Under the pieces are notes generated by a model that had not been told where the DNA came from, did no database searches, and saw only the letters and a program-made list of their open reading frames with translations. From Bacteriovoracaceae bacterium (GTDB lineage Bacteria; Bdellovibrionota; Bacteriovoracia; Bacteriovoracales; Bacteriovoracaceae), in the NCBI GenBank assembly GCA_048270185.1, contig JBLWTJ010000001.1:1472001-1536000 (forward strand): 64,000 nt of DNA. Direction: 5' to 3'. The position numbers and the translations under genes are program-made. Shown here piece after piece: positions 20,700-30,520 of this stretch; positions within the stretch are counted from its first letter, which is position 1; each line of letters opens with the position of its first letter.

Positions 20700-21251
20700 A
20701 TGAGTTTTATTAAAGCTTCAAAATTCATCATTCTATGTTTATTTATGGCGAGTATTTCTGCTTCAGAAATGACAGTTAAGCTAAGTAAGAGCTTCTTTCC
20801 AAAGAAAGATATAATCATAGATGCAGACTCTCCTGATAGAATTATTGTCGAATACGATCTTATGTACTCAATAAGTGATGGATGTGCTGCCGATGTCGTA
20901 ACCGTCTATAAACTAGGTGGTTGCCCATTTAAGAAGTACAAGACGATCAGAGAAGATGGTAAGTATATCGTTGAAATTGATCAATCTAGCGCTCGAAAGG
21001 GAAAAGGCGCTCAAACATTGAGACTATCAATAAAGCAAAAGAAAAAAGATTCTTACAAGACAGTTCCCGTTGTCACAATCCTTGATGGTAATGAAGATAA
21101 GCAAGAATTAAAGAAGCCATTCTTTGGAAAAAAGAGAGTTATCCTAAAATCAAGAGACCATGTCGTTAATGAGGATCAAAAGAATCAAAAAACTCAAATC
21201 GGATCAAAAAACGATGAGAGCACGAGTGGCCCTAAGTCTAACCAACAGTAA
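20700..21251 (+). CDS. Exported hypothetical protein
   Basis: Signal peptide; one Cys pair; polar C-terminal tail. Confidence 0.7.
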   Translation: MSFIKASKFIILCLFMASISASEMTVKLSKSFFPKKDIIIDADSPDRIIVEYDLMYSISDGCAADVVTVYKLGGCPFKKYKTIREDGKYIVEIDQSSARKGKGAQTLRLSIKQKKKDSYKTVPVVTILDGNEDKQELKKPFFGKKRVILKSRDHVVNEDQKNQKTQIGSKNDESTSGPKSNQQ

Positions 21252-21281
21252 TTACGTCAAAAAACACTCAAACAAAAAAGC

Positions 21282-21309
21282 TCAAGTATTTGCGTACTTT
21301 TACCGATAA
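21282..21309 (+). promoter_or_regulatory. Putative sigma-28-type promoter
   Basis: TCAAG-N15-ACCGATAA, 30 nt before GTG 21340. Confidence 0.6.
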
Positions 21310-21339
21310 ATTAAGAGAAACGAGAGAAAGGGTATTACC

Positions 21340-22401
21340 GTGTTAAGTTTAAAATTCAAATCATTTGGTATTGTTAGCTTAGGCCTGGCAATCATTTTAT
21401 CCCAAAATACTAATGCTGGAGACAAAGAGATTCTAGCTCAAATAGCTGAAGGATATGAGTTTTCAGAACAACTTGTCCATGGTTCACAGGTAGCTGTTCT
21501 TGAATCGAAAGCTTATACGCAAGCTTATCATCAGAGTTTAAGGATTGCTGTGAAATCGAGAATTCTAGAGGAAGTTTCTCCATATTTTGAGAGACGAAAT
21601 CAATTGATGAAAAATGGTGTTGTTCCAAATGTACCAAAGATGAAAAAAGAAATCCTTGAAATCAATAAGAAGATCGAAGAGTTTCGTGACAAAGAATACA
21701 TAACAAAGCTCTACATTGAAGAGCAAGAAAAGTATGCAAAGGATGAAAGTAACTACTGTCATGATCTCAAGCAAGTAACTCTAAGGGCCATTGAAGATGG
21801 TAAAACTATTACTCGATGTATTACAGCTATTGATGCTAAGAAAATTATCGAGGCCGTCAATGAAGACCCGAGTACAGTTGCTAGTTTAGGAGTTAAGTTT
21901 ACTCCATCACAAAAGCCTCAGGAAGTAGTTCGAAAGCTTTACTACTGCTATAAGCGAGAAGTAAGTATTCTTGGTAAGTCTAAGTCTTGTAGCTTAAGGC
22001 AATTTGATCTATCTGATAAAGAACTTGAAGAAGTTGGTAAAGAGAATTGCTACCCAGTTGATAATCGCTATAAAAAAGTAGAAGGTGATGGCTACTCAAC
22101 AATGTCAGCTCTTAGATCAAAATGTGTCGATGAGATCTGTACTAACCCTTCTGAACAAATTAACTATGAGAACTTCAAACTTATCAGCTTTATCGACCTT
22201 GATCCAAAAAGTTGTGTTGCAGATAACAGTAACTCACGAGTCTGTGCACAGACATATACATGTCAAAACAAAACTTATCAGGTTACGTGTGAGTTTGATA
22301 AAGAAGAATATAATGGAAATAATAAATGTAATGTAATAGACATCAACAAATCAACGATGATCAATAAGTGTCGCATTGTTGAGTTAGGAACGGAGGTTTA
22401 A
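21340..22401 (+). CDS. Exported Cys-rich hypothetical protein
   Basis: Signal peptide ending TNA; many Cys in the C-terminal half. Confidence 0.8.
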   Translation: MLSLKFKSFGIVSLGLAIILSQNTNAGDKEILAQIAEGYEFSEQLVHGSQVAVLESKAYTQAYHQSLRIAVKSRILEEVSPYFERRNQLMKNGVVPNVPKMKKEILEINKKIEEFRDKEYITKLYIEEQEKYAKDESNYCHDLKQVTLRAIEDGKTITRCITAIDAKKIIEAVNEDPSTVASLGVKFTPSQKPQEVVRKLYYCYKREVSILGKSKSCSLRQFDLSDKELEEVGKENCYPVDNRYKKVEGDGYSTMSALRSKCVDEICTNPSEQINYENFKLISFIDLDPKSCVADNSNSRVCAQTYTCQNKTYQVTCEFDKEEYNGNNKCNVIDINKSTMINKCRIVELGTEV

Positions 22402-22402
22402 G

Positions 22403-23761
22403 ATGAGACTTATTATATCACTCCTATTCGTTTTAAACTCATTTGCTTTTGTTGTACCTAAAGTTTATAACTCAGGAAAACTAGTTGATATTGGAAAGGA
22501 CTACTATCTTATCCAAACAAAGAGTAAAGAATTAATCAAGGTTAAGCCATTCCTTGATAAGCCAAAAGTTGGCCTTATTGTCAGCTACCCTATTTCAGAA
22601 GATGATATTTCGGTGGAACCAGATTTTCTTTTTGAGTCAGCGACTAAAATGGTTTCAAATAATAAGTACACTTCAGATATTATTGAGGCTTATTTAAAAA
22701 CACTTGCTGAAGTTTCAAAGAATGGACTTTATAAAACAGAAAGTGTTCCTAACGGGAATCTCTATTCTTTAAACTTTTTAAATATTCTTGATTCGATAAT
22801 CCCAGAAGCATGCGCTGACGGACAGGAATGTAATAATATGTGCTACTTTGGAGGTTGGCCTTCAACAAGAAAAGGTAGCTACTGTCAGGCTCCTTGGAAA
22901 ACAAGTAAATCATCAAAGGTTCAGGCCATTGATAAGGAAGTATACTCGAGTGAATTTAGCTGTGGAGGAAAAAATCGCTTCAGATGTAATCCAAAGATCT
23001 TTGGAACTTATGATTCTGTTTTAGATCCTTTGAGCTATGTCGATACAAAGAAATCAAAAGCAAATGGAAATAAAGGTATCTGTGTAAAAGCATCACCTAC
23101 GTATGCACACGTAACAGCTCAATGTTTAGAGGCCACATCAAAGATTCCTAATTTTAAAGAATCTCTAAAAGATAGATATAACGACAATAAAGAAGTTTTT
23201 GAAAAGTTGATCGATAATGTTAATTGTTTCTGTGGCGCAAAGGGTACTGATAAGAAAGCATTTAGCTGTAATGCACTTAAATCTAGACTTGCTACAATAT
23301 TCGAAAAGCCAGCACCAAAGCAGGAACCAGTAAAGGTTGAAAGACCTAAGGTGAAGCCAATTGTTAAGCTAAAACCGATGCCGGCAATTCCAATTCCTAG
23401 AGATGATGATGGAAAAGAGGAAAAGAAGAATTTAATTATTCCCCCAAAGCCAGCTAAAGTTATTGTTCAGGAAGAAAAGCCACTTCCTGAGAATTTAATT
23501 TACTATAATTGTGATTTTGAACAGACTGAAAGTCTCTTTGAAGGAAAGAATGCTAATTGTGCAAACAAAGGCGTTTGTCTTAAGAAATTAGTTTGTGGTG
23601 CATATTCACAGAAAACGAAGAAGTTTGATGTAAAGACCAAGCTACTAGCCTACTGTCCTTGTGATGAAAAAGAAGCATCCAAATGTGCCAACGCAATTGC
23701 AGATGAAAATATCATCCGCTCAAGAGAGAGTGATTCAGATACTAAATCGTCAGATAAATAA
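22403..23761 (+). CDS. Exported Cys-rich hypothetical protein with Pro/Lys linker
   Basis: Signal peptide ending SFA; GGAGG SD; CYFGGWPS and RCNPKIFG motifs; Pro-rich linker; Cys-rich C-domain. Confidence 0.8.
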   Translation: MRLIISLLFVLNSFAFVVPKVYNSGKLVDIGKDYYLIQTKSKELIKVKPFLDKPKVGLIVSYPISEDDISVEPDFLFESATKMVSNNKYTSDIIEAYLKTLAEVSKNGLYKTESVPNGNLYSLNFLNILDSIIPEACADGQECNNMCYFGGWPSTRKGSYCQAPWKTSKSSKVQAIDKEVYSSEFSCGGKNRFRCNPKIFGTYDSVLDPLSYVDTKKSKANGNKGICVKASPTYAHVTAQCLEATSKIPNFKESLKDRYNDNKEVFEKLIDNVNCFCGAKGTDKKAFSCNALKSRLATIFEKPAPKQEPVKVERPKVKPIVKLKPMPAIPIPRDDDGKEEKKNLIIPPKPAKVIVQEEKPLPENLIYYNCDFEQTESLFEGKNANCANKGVCLKKLVCGAYSQKTKKFDVKTKLLAYCPCDEKEASKCANAIADENIIRSRESDSDTKSSDK

Positions 23762-25504
23762 TTAAAGTAATTCTAATAATTCATCTATCTTTGCATTAAC
23801 AAGTTCGAGCTCATGGCCCGCGCTTGTTATTGCATCGGTATCTCCGACTGCTGAAGCATTTTGAATTTTATCTTGTAATATTCCTTGATATTTTTCCAAA
23901 GTTTCAATTTGGGCCATAATCTCTTCTTCTTTGTATCGATTTGTCGATTCAGCTTTTTCCTTTTCATCTACCCTAGGTGCCGGCTTTGGTGGCGCAACTT
24001 TCTTTGGTGCTTTATCAACAACATCTTCTTCCCAACCAATCTTTTCTAGGAATTCATCATAAGTACCCTCAAAGTATTGTGCCTCATCGCTTTTGAAGAT
24101 CACTAGTTTATTTACACATTGGCGTAGAAGGTCCTCATTGTGGGTAACAATGAGACACGCACCATCATAATTATTAATGGCCTCCCCCAGAGACACAATC
24201 GACTCCATATCAAGGTGGTTGGTTGGCTCATCAAGGAAAAGTAAATTTGTCTTTTTTGCTAGAATTTTTCCAAGCATGACTCGGGCCTTCTCTCCCCCTG
24301 ATAAAACAGAGATTTTCTTATCTGAGTCTTCCCCAGTAAAGAGCATTGTCCCTGCAATGGCCTTTACTCTCGTAATCGATAGATCTGTATTCACCTCTTG
24401 AATTTCTTGGGCAATATTATTATCAGGATGAAGGCGGGCCACATTTGTTTGCCCAAAGTGCCCTAGTGACAGACTAGGGTGTTCCCAAATCTCCCCAGTT
24501 CGCTCTTTTAATTCATGAGAAAGGACATTGAGTAGCGTTGATTTTCCCTTACCATTTTTTCCAATAATTCCAATTCGATCTTCACGATCAACTTCAAATG
24601 AAACCCCTTCAAATAAATTTTGATCGGTGTACCCAAAGCTTAGATTACTTACCTTCATAATCTGCTTACCTGGACATGGAGTATGTTGAAATGAAAAGTC
24701 GAGATCAGCAATTTTATCTAATTGCTTCATATCCTGCATTTTTTCGATAGCCTTTAGACGAGACTGAGCCTGAGAAGCTCCTCGTGCACTAACTCGATAC
24801 TTATCAACATAGTCCATCATATGCTTAATTTTCTTTTCTTGATTTTGACGAGTCTGTTCGTAAATAATCTCATCTTGTTCAAGCTGCTCGTAATACTTTC
24901 TAGTCTGCCCTTTTATTTTTCTCAGTTTTCCACGGTGGACACCCATTGTATGAGTTGTCACTGAATCCATAAATGAGCGATCGTGAGTAATAATAATCAC
25001 TTCACCTTGAAAAGAGCGAAGAAAGCCTCTAAGCCAAACAAGGGAGACAATATCGAGGTAATTTGTTGGCTCATCAAGAAGTAGGCAGTTTGGCTCGGTG
25101 AGCAGTGTCTTAACTAAATTAATTCTAATTTGGTAGCCACCTGAAAAACTTAAGGGGCTTTTAGTGAAATCATCATCACTAAAGCCAAGGCCTGTCAGTA
25201 ATTTCTCTGCACGATAAGTCTCATATTCATACTCTTTTCCCAGAGCAGACATACATTCATCAATCACAGTGTCTTTTGAAAACTGTATATGCTGGTCTAA
25301 CGTGCCGATTTTATAGCTTTTAGGGATCTTGACCTCACCATTATCGTAATTCTCGACGCCAGTAATGACCTTAAATAAAGTCGATTTACCGGTACCGTTG
25401 CGTCCCACTAGGCCGATTCTTTCACCATTATTGAGGGAGAAAGTCACATCTTCAAAAAGCGTTCGGCCACCAAAAGATTTAGTTACATTTACAAGCTGAA
25501 TCAT
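23762..25504 (-). CDS. ABC-F family ATP-binding protein
   Basis: Two ABC domains (GRNGTGKST/SGG/LLDEPTN and GKNGKGKST/LSGGE/LDEPTNHLD); no TM helices. Confidence 0.93.
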   Translation of the reverse strand: MIQLVNVTKSFGGRTLFEDVTFSLNNGERIGLVGRNGTGKSTLFKVITGVENYDNGEVKIPKSYKIGTLDQHIQFSKDTVIDECMSALGKEYEYETYRAEKLLTGLGFSDDDFTKSPLSFSGGYQIRINLVKTLLTEPNCLLLDEPTNYLDIVSLVWLRGFLRSFQGEVIIITHDRSFMDSVTTHTMGVHRGKLRKIKGQTRKYYEQLEQDEIIYEQTRQNQEKKIKHMMDYVDKYRVSARGASQAQSRLKAIEKMQDMKQLDKIADLDFSFQHTPCPGKQIMKVSNLSFGYTDQNLFEGVSFEVDREDRIGIIGKNGKGKSTLLNVLSHELKERTGEIWEHPSLSLGHFGQTNVARLHPDNNIAQEIQEVNTDLSITRVKAIAGTMLFTGEDSDKKISVLSGGEKARVMLGKILAKKTNLLFLDEPTNHLDMESIVSLGEAINNYDGACLIVTHNEDLLRQCVNKLVIFKSDEAQYFEGTYDEFLEKIGWEEDVVDKAPKKVAPPKPAPRVDEKEKAESTNRYKEEEIMAQIETLEKYQGILQDKIQNASAVGDTDAITSAGHELELVNAKIDELLELL

Positions 25505-25569
25505 ATATATTGTGTAGCAAATAAATTCATTAATAGAAAGCAGATTAGACAGACAAGAAAGGGCACAAA

Positions 25570-27408
25570 ATGAGTCAATTTGAGAAATTAAAAAACATCG
25601 CAGTAGTTGCGCACGTTGACCACGGTAAAACGACGATGGTTGATGAAATCCTTAAGCAATCGAATACTTTTGACGAGCGTGCAGAAGTTGAAGAAAGAGT
25701 GATGGATTCAGGAGAAATCGAAAAGGAACGTGGGATTACAATCACTGCAAAGAACTGTTCTTTCTTCTACAAAGATACAAAAATTAACCTACTTGATACT
25801 CCAGGCCACGCGGACTTTGGTGGAGAGGTAGAAAGATCACTAATGATGGTCGATGGTGTACTTCTTCTAGTTGATGCTTCAGAAGGCCCTCTTCCACAAA
25901 CTCGTTTCGTACTTAGAAAAGCTCTATCTCGTGGACTAAAGGTTGCCGTTATTATCAATAAGGTTGACCGTCCAGACCAAAGAATTGAAGAAGTTAAAGG
26001 TGAATGTGAAGACCTACTGCTTGAAATTGCAACAGAACTTGAAGTTGAAGACTTTGATATTGATATTCCATTTATCTATGCATCAGCTAAGAATGGTTGG
26101 GCAGCAATGGAGCCAGGTGTTGTTAGAGAAGATATGATTCCTGTTCTTGATTTCATGGTTTCTGACTACTTCCCAGAACCAGAGCGCGATGCTGAGGCAC
26201 CATTACAACTTCTTGTATCAAACCTTACATACTCAAAATTCCTAGGACAACAATTCGTAGGTCGTATCCACAAAGGTAAGATTGTTAAGAATCAACAATT
26301 CACATGTATTGGTGATGGAAAAACAAAGAACTTTAAAGTTTCAAATATTCAAACTTACTCAGGACTTCAAACAGTTGAAGTTGATGAAGCCGTTGCTGGT
26401 GAAATCGTTATCTGTGCAGGTATTGAAGATGTTCATATTGGAGATACAATCACTCCAACTTCTGCTCAAAATCCACTAGAAAGAATTGAAGTAGAACCTC
26501 CAACAGTTGCCGTAAACGTTTCTGTTTCAACAAGTCCTATGAGCGGACAAGAAGGTGAATACCTAACTTCAAGAAAACTTGAAGAATTCTTACAAGATGC
26601 TTGTCGTCTAAACGTTGCTCTTCAATATGAAGCAACTGACGATGCAAAAGTATATAAACTGAAAGGCCGTGGAGAGCTTCAGATCGCTATCGTATTCGAA
26701 GAGCTAAGACGTAAAGGCTTCGAGCTCATGGTTTCAAGACCAGAAGTTCTATTCCAAGAAATCGATGGGCAGAAGCAAGAGCCATACGAGCTTGCAGTTC
26801 TAGATGTACCAGAAGACTTTACAGGTGTTGTAACTGAAAAGCTTTCAATCAGAAAAGGGATCATGTCTTCAATGATGCCAATTGGTGAAGGCCGTACAAG
26901 AATTGAATTTGAAATCCCATCACGTGGTCTAATTGGTTACCGTGGTGCTTTTATGACAGATACTCGTGGAGAAGGAATCCTTTCAACTGAGTTCCTAGGT
27001 TACCGTCCATACGCAGGTGATATGCTTGCTCGTCAAAACGGTGCCATTATCTCAGATAGAGCAGGAAAAGTTACTGGATACGCTATCTTTAACCTACTTA
27101 ACAACGGTGAGTTCTTTGTTGAACCAGGTGATATGGTTTACGAAGGTATGGTTATCGGTGAAAGTAAGAAAGAAAACGATGCAAACGTAAATATCTGTCG
27201 TGGAAAGCAATTAACTTCAGTACGTACTGCAGGTAAAGATGAGAATATCATTCTTCCACCAGTAAGACCGAGAACACTTGAATGGGCCCTAGATTGGATT
27301 GATAATGATGAGTGGGTTGAAGTAACTCCTCAAAATATCCGCGTTAGAAAGAAAGAACTAGCTGCCAACAAACGCTCAGTTGTTCGTAAAGAAAAGAAAA
27401 AAGACTAA
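25570..27408 (+). CDS. typA: Translational GTPase TypA/BipA
   Basis: [50 protein letters not shown]. Confidence 0.97.
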   Translation: MSQFEKLKNIAVVAHVDHGKTTMVDEILKQSNTFDERAEVEERVMDSGEIEKERGITITAKNCSFFYKDTKINLLDTPGHADFGGEVERSLMMVDGVLLLVDASEGPLPQTRFVLRKALSRGLKVAVIINKVDRPDQRIEEVKGECEDLLLEIATELEVEDFDIDIPFIYASAKNGWAAMEPGVVREDMIPVLDFMVSDYFPEPERDAEAPLQLLVSNLTYSKFLGQQFVGRIHKGKIVKNQQFTCIGDGKTKNFKVSNIQTYSGLQTVEVDEAVAGEIVICAGIEDVHIGDTITPTSAQNPLERIEVEPPTVAVNVSVSTSPMSGQEGEYLTSRKLEEFLQDACRLNVALQYEATDDAKVYKLKGRGELQIAIVFEELRRKGFELMVSRPEVLFQEIDGQKQEPYELAVLDVPEDFTGVVTEKLSIRKGIMSSMMPIGEGRTRIEFEIPSRGLIGYRGAFMTDTRGEGILSTEFLGYRPYAGDMLARQNGAIISDRAGKVTGYAIFNLLNNGEFFVEPGDMVYEGMVIGESKKENDANVNICRGKQLTSVRTAGKDENIILPPVRPRTLEWALDWIDNDEWVEVTPQNIRVRKKELAANKRSVVRKEKKKD

Positions 27409-27416
27409 AGAATACA

Positions 27417-27442
27417 GGCCCCTTAACTCAGTTTAAGGGGCC
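27417..27442 (+). terminator. Hairpin after typA
   Basis: GGCCCCTTAA-ctcagt-TTAAGGGGCC; U-tract weak. Confidence 0.5.
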
Positions 27443-27562
27443 AATCCTACCTTTGAAATGCACCTCTAAGTGCTTATAATTAAAAGTATTTTAAAAAATT
27501 ATCTCTAACAACGCCCCGTGCTTATAGTTAACTTATTGACTTTTTTCTTAGTATTCTTATAA

Positions 27563-27575
27563 AATCAATATGTTA
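27563..27575. promoter_or_regulatory. Putative IHF site upstream of the response regulator
   Basis: AATCAATATGTTA matches WATCAANNNNTTR. Confidence 0.35.
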
Positions 27576-27600
27576 TAAATGAAAACTAAAGAAGTGTAGC

Positions 27601-28302
27601 ATGACAAGAGCTAGTAAACATCCAAAGCCCCACGTTACAATTGTTGATGATGACTTTGAAAACCTCGAAAACTACCAAGATCTACTCGAAGATGATTTTG
27701 ATCTTGAACTAATTCAAAATCCTCTCGAGCTTCTAACGTTTCTAAATACGAATAAAACTGACATCATGGTCCTCGACCTACATATGCCAGAAGTAAATGG
27801 TTTTGAATTACTTCAAAAGGCACAATTACTTGCTCCACGTACACCAATCATCTTTTTAACAGGAGACCCTTCAGAGGAAGCCTGTGTTAAAGGACTGGAT
27901 CTTGGTGCACAAGACTTTATCGTAAAACCGGTATCAATTAACGAGCTAATCGCTAGAATTAAAAATAAAGTCGAAGCAAAGAAATCAAGACATCGTCGTA
28001 AAAAGAAAAATGAAATAAAATTTGAAGATCATAATTTTGCGATCAATCTCGACCAACAAAATGTCGTTTTAAATGGTAAAGAGATTAAACTGACTACAAC
28101 AGAGTATCGTATCATTACACTACTTGCTTCAAATCCGAATAAGATCTTTAGTCGAGACCATATTTCGCAAGTCGTATGGGCCGACACAGACGTTAATTCG
28201 CAGAATATTGATACCCATTTATCAAATCTAAGAAGAAAGATTAAGCCATTTTCAGACTATATCAAAACGATTAAGTCTCGTGGCGTTCTACTAAGACTTT
28301 AG
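27601..28302 (+). CDS. OmpR/PhoB-family response regulator
   Basis: VDDD, LDLHMP, FLTG, KP receiver motifs; winged-helix LTTTEY, DTHLSNLRRKI, IKTIKSRG. Confidence 0.93.
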   Translation: MTRASKHPKPHVTIVDDDFENLENYQDLLEDDFDLELIQNPLELLTFLNTNKTDIMVLDLHMPEVNGFELLQKAQLLAPRTPIIFLTGDPSEEACVKGLDLGAQDFIVKPVSINELIARIKNKVEAKKSRHRRKKKNEIKFEDHNFAINLDQQNVVLNGKEIKLTTTEYRIITLLASNPNKIFSRDHISQVVWADTDVNSQNIDTHLSNLRRKIKPFSDYIKTIKSRGVLLRL

Positions 28303-29352
28303 TATCTCTTCTAGAATAATATCTGTCGCATGTTCTCGATCTTGAGGAATTGCAGCCTCTGGAATTTTCTTTAACTCAGAAATAAGATCAATATTCTCAA
28401 ATTGTGACTCTTCAATAACAAGAGAACCAATTAAGCGATTGGCCTCCATTGCGTTATGGTATTGTTCATTCTTTTGAGCAATCTTTAATGGAATAAATAG
28501 ACTAGGCTTACCAAGACTAATTAACTCAGCAACTGTTCCAGCTCCTGAACGCGAAAGGATATACTTTGATGCCTTCATTAAGTCAGGCATCTCATCCCCT
28601 AGAAACGCAACTGGCTTATAGTACTCACCTTTAAGTTTACTATACTCATCAATATACTGACTTCCGACTTGATGGATAACAATATACTCAGCGCATAGCT
28701 TATCAAGATTTTCTTTGATCTTATCATTTAATAACTTAGAACCATTCCCTCCTCCTGTTACAAAGAAGATTGGTCGTTTAGCCGTTTTTAATTCAACACC
28801 TTCAAAATTTAAGTTTTCAAATTGTGTCGTTTTAAATTCATCCCTTACCGGGTAACCAGAGTAACGAACTTTATCTTTAGGAAAGAACTTTAGAGAATCT
28901 TTAAAACTGACAAAGACAGTCTTTGCAAAAATTGAAGCAATTTTATTGGCAAGTCCAACACGTGAAGTTTGTTCGTGAACAATAATTTTGTAACCTAGGA
29001 GTTTTCCTGCAATAACAGTAGGAACACTAACAAACCCCCCCATTGAAACAATGACATTTGAGCTAAACCTTAGCCTTGATAGATAGAAGAAGCATTGGAT
29101 AAGGCCTATGGCCAAACGAAAAATATCAGTAATATTTTGAAGGTCTATATAACGACGAAGCTTACCAGTTGAAACGGCAAAATATCGATCAACCTTTCCT
29201 TGTGTCAGTTTTGATTCAATTCCTTTGTAAGATCCAAAGTAATATATTCGAGTATGCTTTTGTCTTAATTTGGCGATTAGAGTTAGTGCAGGAACAACAT
29301 GCCCCCCACTTCCTCCACCAGTAAAGATGACGGCCTTCTTTTGCTTTTTCAT
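28291..29352 (-). CDS. murG: MurG-type UDP-GlcNAc:lipid I glycosyltransferase
   Basis: TGGGSGGHV, GGFVSVP, HEQ, GYPVR, SRSGA, EQYHNA. Confidence 0.88.
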   Translation of the reverse strand: MKKQKKAVIFTGGGSGGHVVPALTLIAKLRQKHTRIYYFGSYKGIESKLTQGKVDRYFAVSTGKLRRYIDLQNITDIFRLAIGLIQCFFYLSRLRFSSNVIVSMGGFVSVPTVIAGKLLGYKIIVHEQTSRVGLANKIASIFAKTVFVSFKDSLKFFPKDKVRYSGYPVRDEFKTTQFENLNFEGVELKTAKRPIFFVTGGGNGSKLLNDKIKENLDKLCAEYIVIHQVGSQYIDEYSKLKGEYYKPVAFLGDEMPDLMKASKYILSRSGAGTVAELISLGKPSLFIPLKIAQKNEQYHNAMEANRLIGSLVIEESQFENIDLISELKKIPEAAIPQDREHATDIILEEILKS

Positions 29353-29359
29353 GTTTTAA

Positions 29360-30520
29360 TTATACATACTTAGCTGCGACAAAGCTAGAAGACCAGGCCC
29401 ATTGGAAATTATAGCCACCAAGTAAGCCCGTTACATCGAGAACCTCTCCAATAAAGTAAAGATTCTTTTGTATTCGACTCTCCATCGTTTTTGAACTTAC
29501 TTGATTAGTATCAACTCCACCGCGTGTAACCTCGGCCTTACGATAACCTTCTGTACCACTAGGAGTGAACGTCCAGTGATGGATAACCTCAACAAGTTTC
29601 TCCTTATGAGCTCCCGACAATTCAGCACAATTCTGATTAAGAGGAAGTTTATGGTATTCCAGCCATATTTCAACAAATCGAGATGGTAAGTGACTTTTTA
29701 AGGCATTCACTAGAGACTTACGTTTTTGAACTTTTAGAATTTCATAAATATCGGCCTTGGGTAAGAAGTTAATTTTGACTTGGTCATTCTTCTTCCAATA
29801 CAATGAAGCCTTTAAAATTGAAGGTCCACTCAAACCTTTATGAGTCCATAGAATATTTTCTAAGAACTTCTTATTATTCACAGTCACTTCAGATTCAACA
29901 GCAATACCAGCAAGGCTAGCTAATACCTTCTCTAGAGTAAAGGGAACAAGAGCTGGAGTTGTTTCAATTATCTTATGACCAAATTTTTTAGCAATTTTAT
30001 AACCAATATCAGTTGCACCTAGTCCAGGAAATGATAACCCACCAGTTGCTACAACTAATTTTTCACTGTTTAAAGTTGTGCTATCACTTAGAGTTACAAC
30101 ATATTCATCACTATAATCAACTTCTGTAACTCGACTATTTACACGAAGCTCACAATTATTTGGTATGGCCTTTAGAAGTGACTCTAAAATGCCACGAGAC
30201 TTCTGGTCGCAAAAAAGTTGTCCTAGTGTTTTCTCTGTATACGTAAGATTATATTCTGAAATGAAACTTATAAAATCCCAATTTGTATATTGGCTTAAGG
30301 CCGACTTGCAAAAATGTGGATTACTAGAAACATAGAAATTTGGGGTGACATCAAGATTTGTGAAGTTACATCGTCCCCCACCAGAGACAAGTATTTTCTT
30401 TCCAGGACCTTTGGCCCCTTCTAGGATAAGGACTCTTTGCCCTTTTTTGGCAGCATGGATGCCGCAGAATAAACCTGCAGCACCCGCACCAATGATTATT
30501 ACATCAAATTTTTCATTCAT
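29360..30520 (-). CDS. HI0933/YhiN/BaiN-family flavoprotein
   Basis: GAGAAG, GKKILVSGGGRCNFTN, ATGG.S.P, AEVTRGGV, GEVLDV.G..GGYN. Confidence 0.92.
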   Translation of the reverse strand: MNEKFDVIIIGAGAAGLFCGIHAAKKGQRVLILEGAKGPGKKILVSGGGRCNFTNLDVTPNFYVSSNPHFCKSALSQYTNWDFISFISEYNLTYTEKTLGQLFCDQKSRGILESLLKAIPNNCELRVNSRVTEVDYSDEYVVTLSDSTTLNSEKLVVATGGLSFPGLGATDIGYKIAKKFGHKIIETTPALVPFTLEKVLASLAGIAVESEVTVNNKKFLENILWTHKGLSGPSILKASLYWKKNDQVKINFLPKADIYEILKVQKRKSLVNALKSHLPSRFVEIWLEYHKLPLNQNCAELSGAHKEKLVEVIHHWTFTPSGTEGYRKAEVTRGGVDTNQVSSKTMESRIQKNLYFIGEVLDVTGLLGGYNFQWAWSSSFVAAKYV

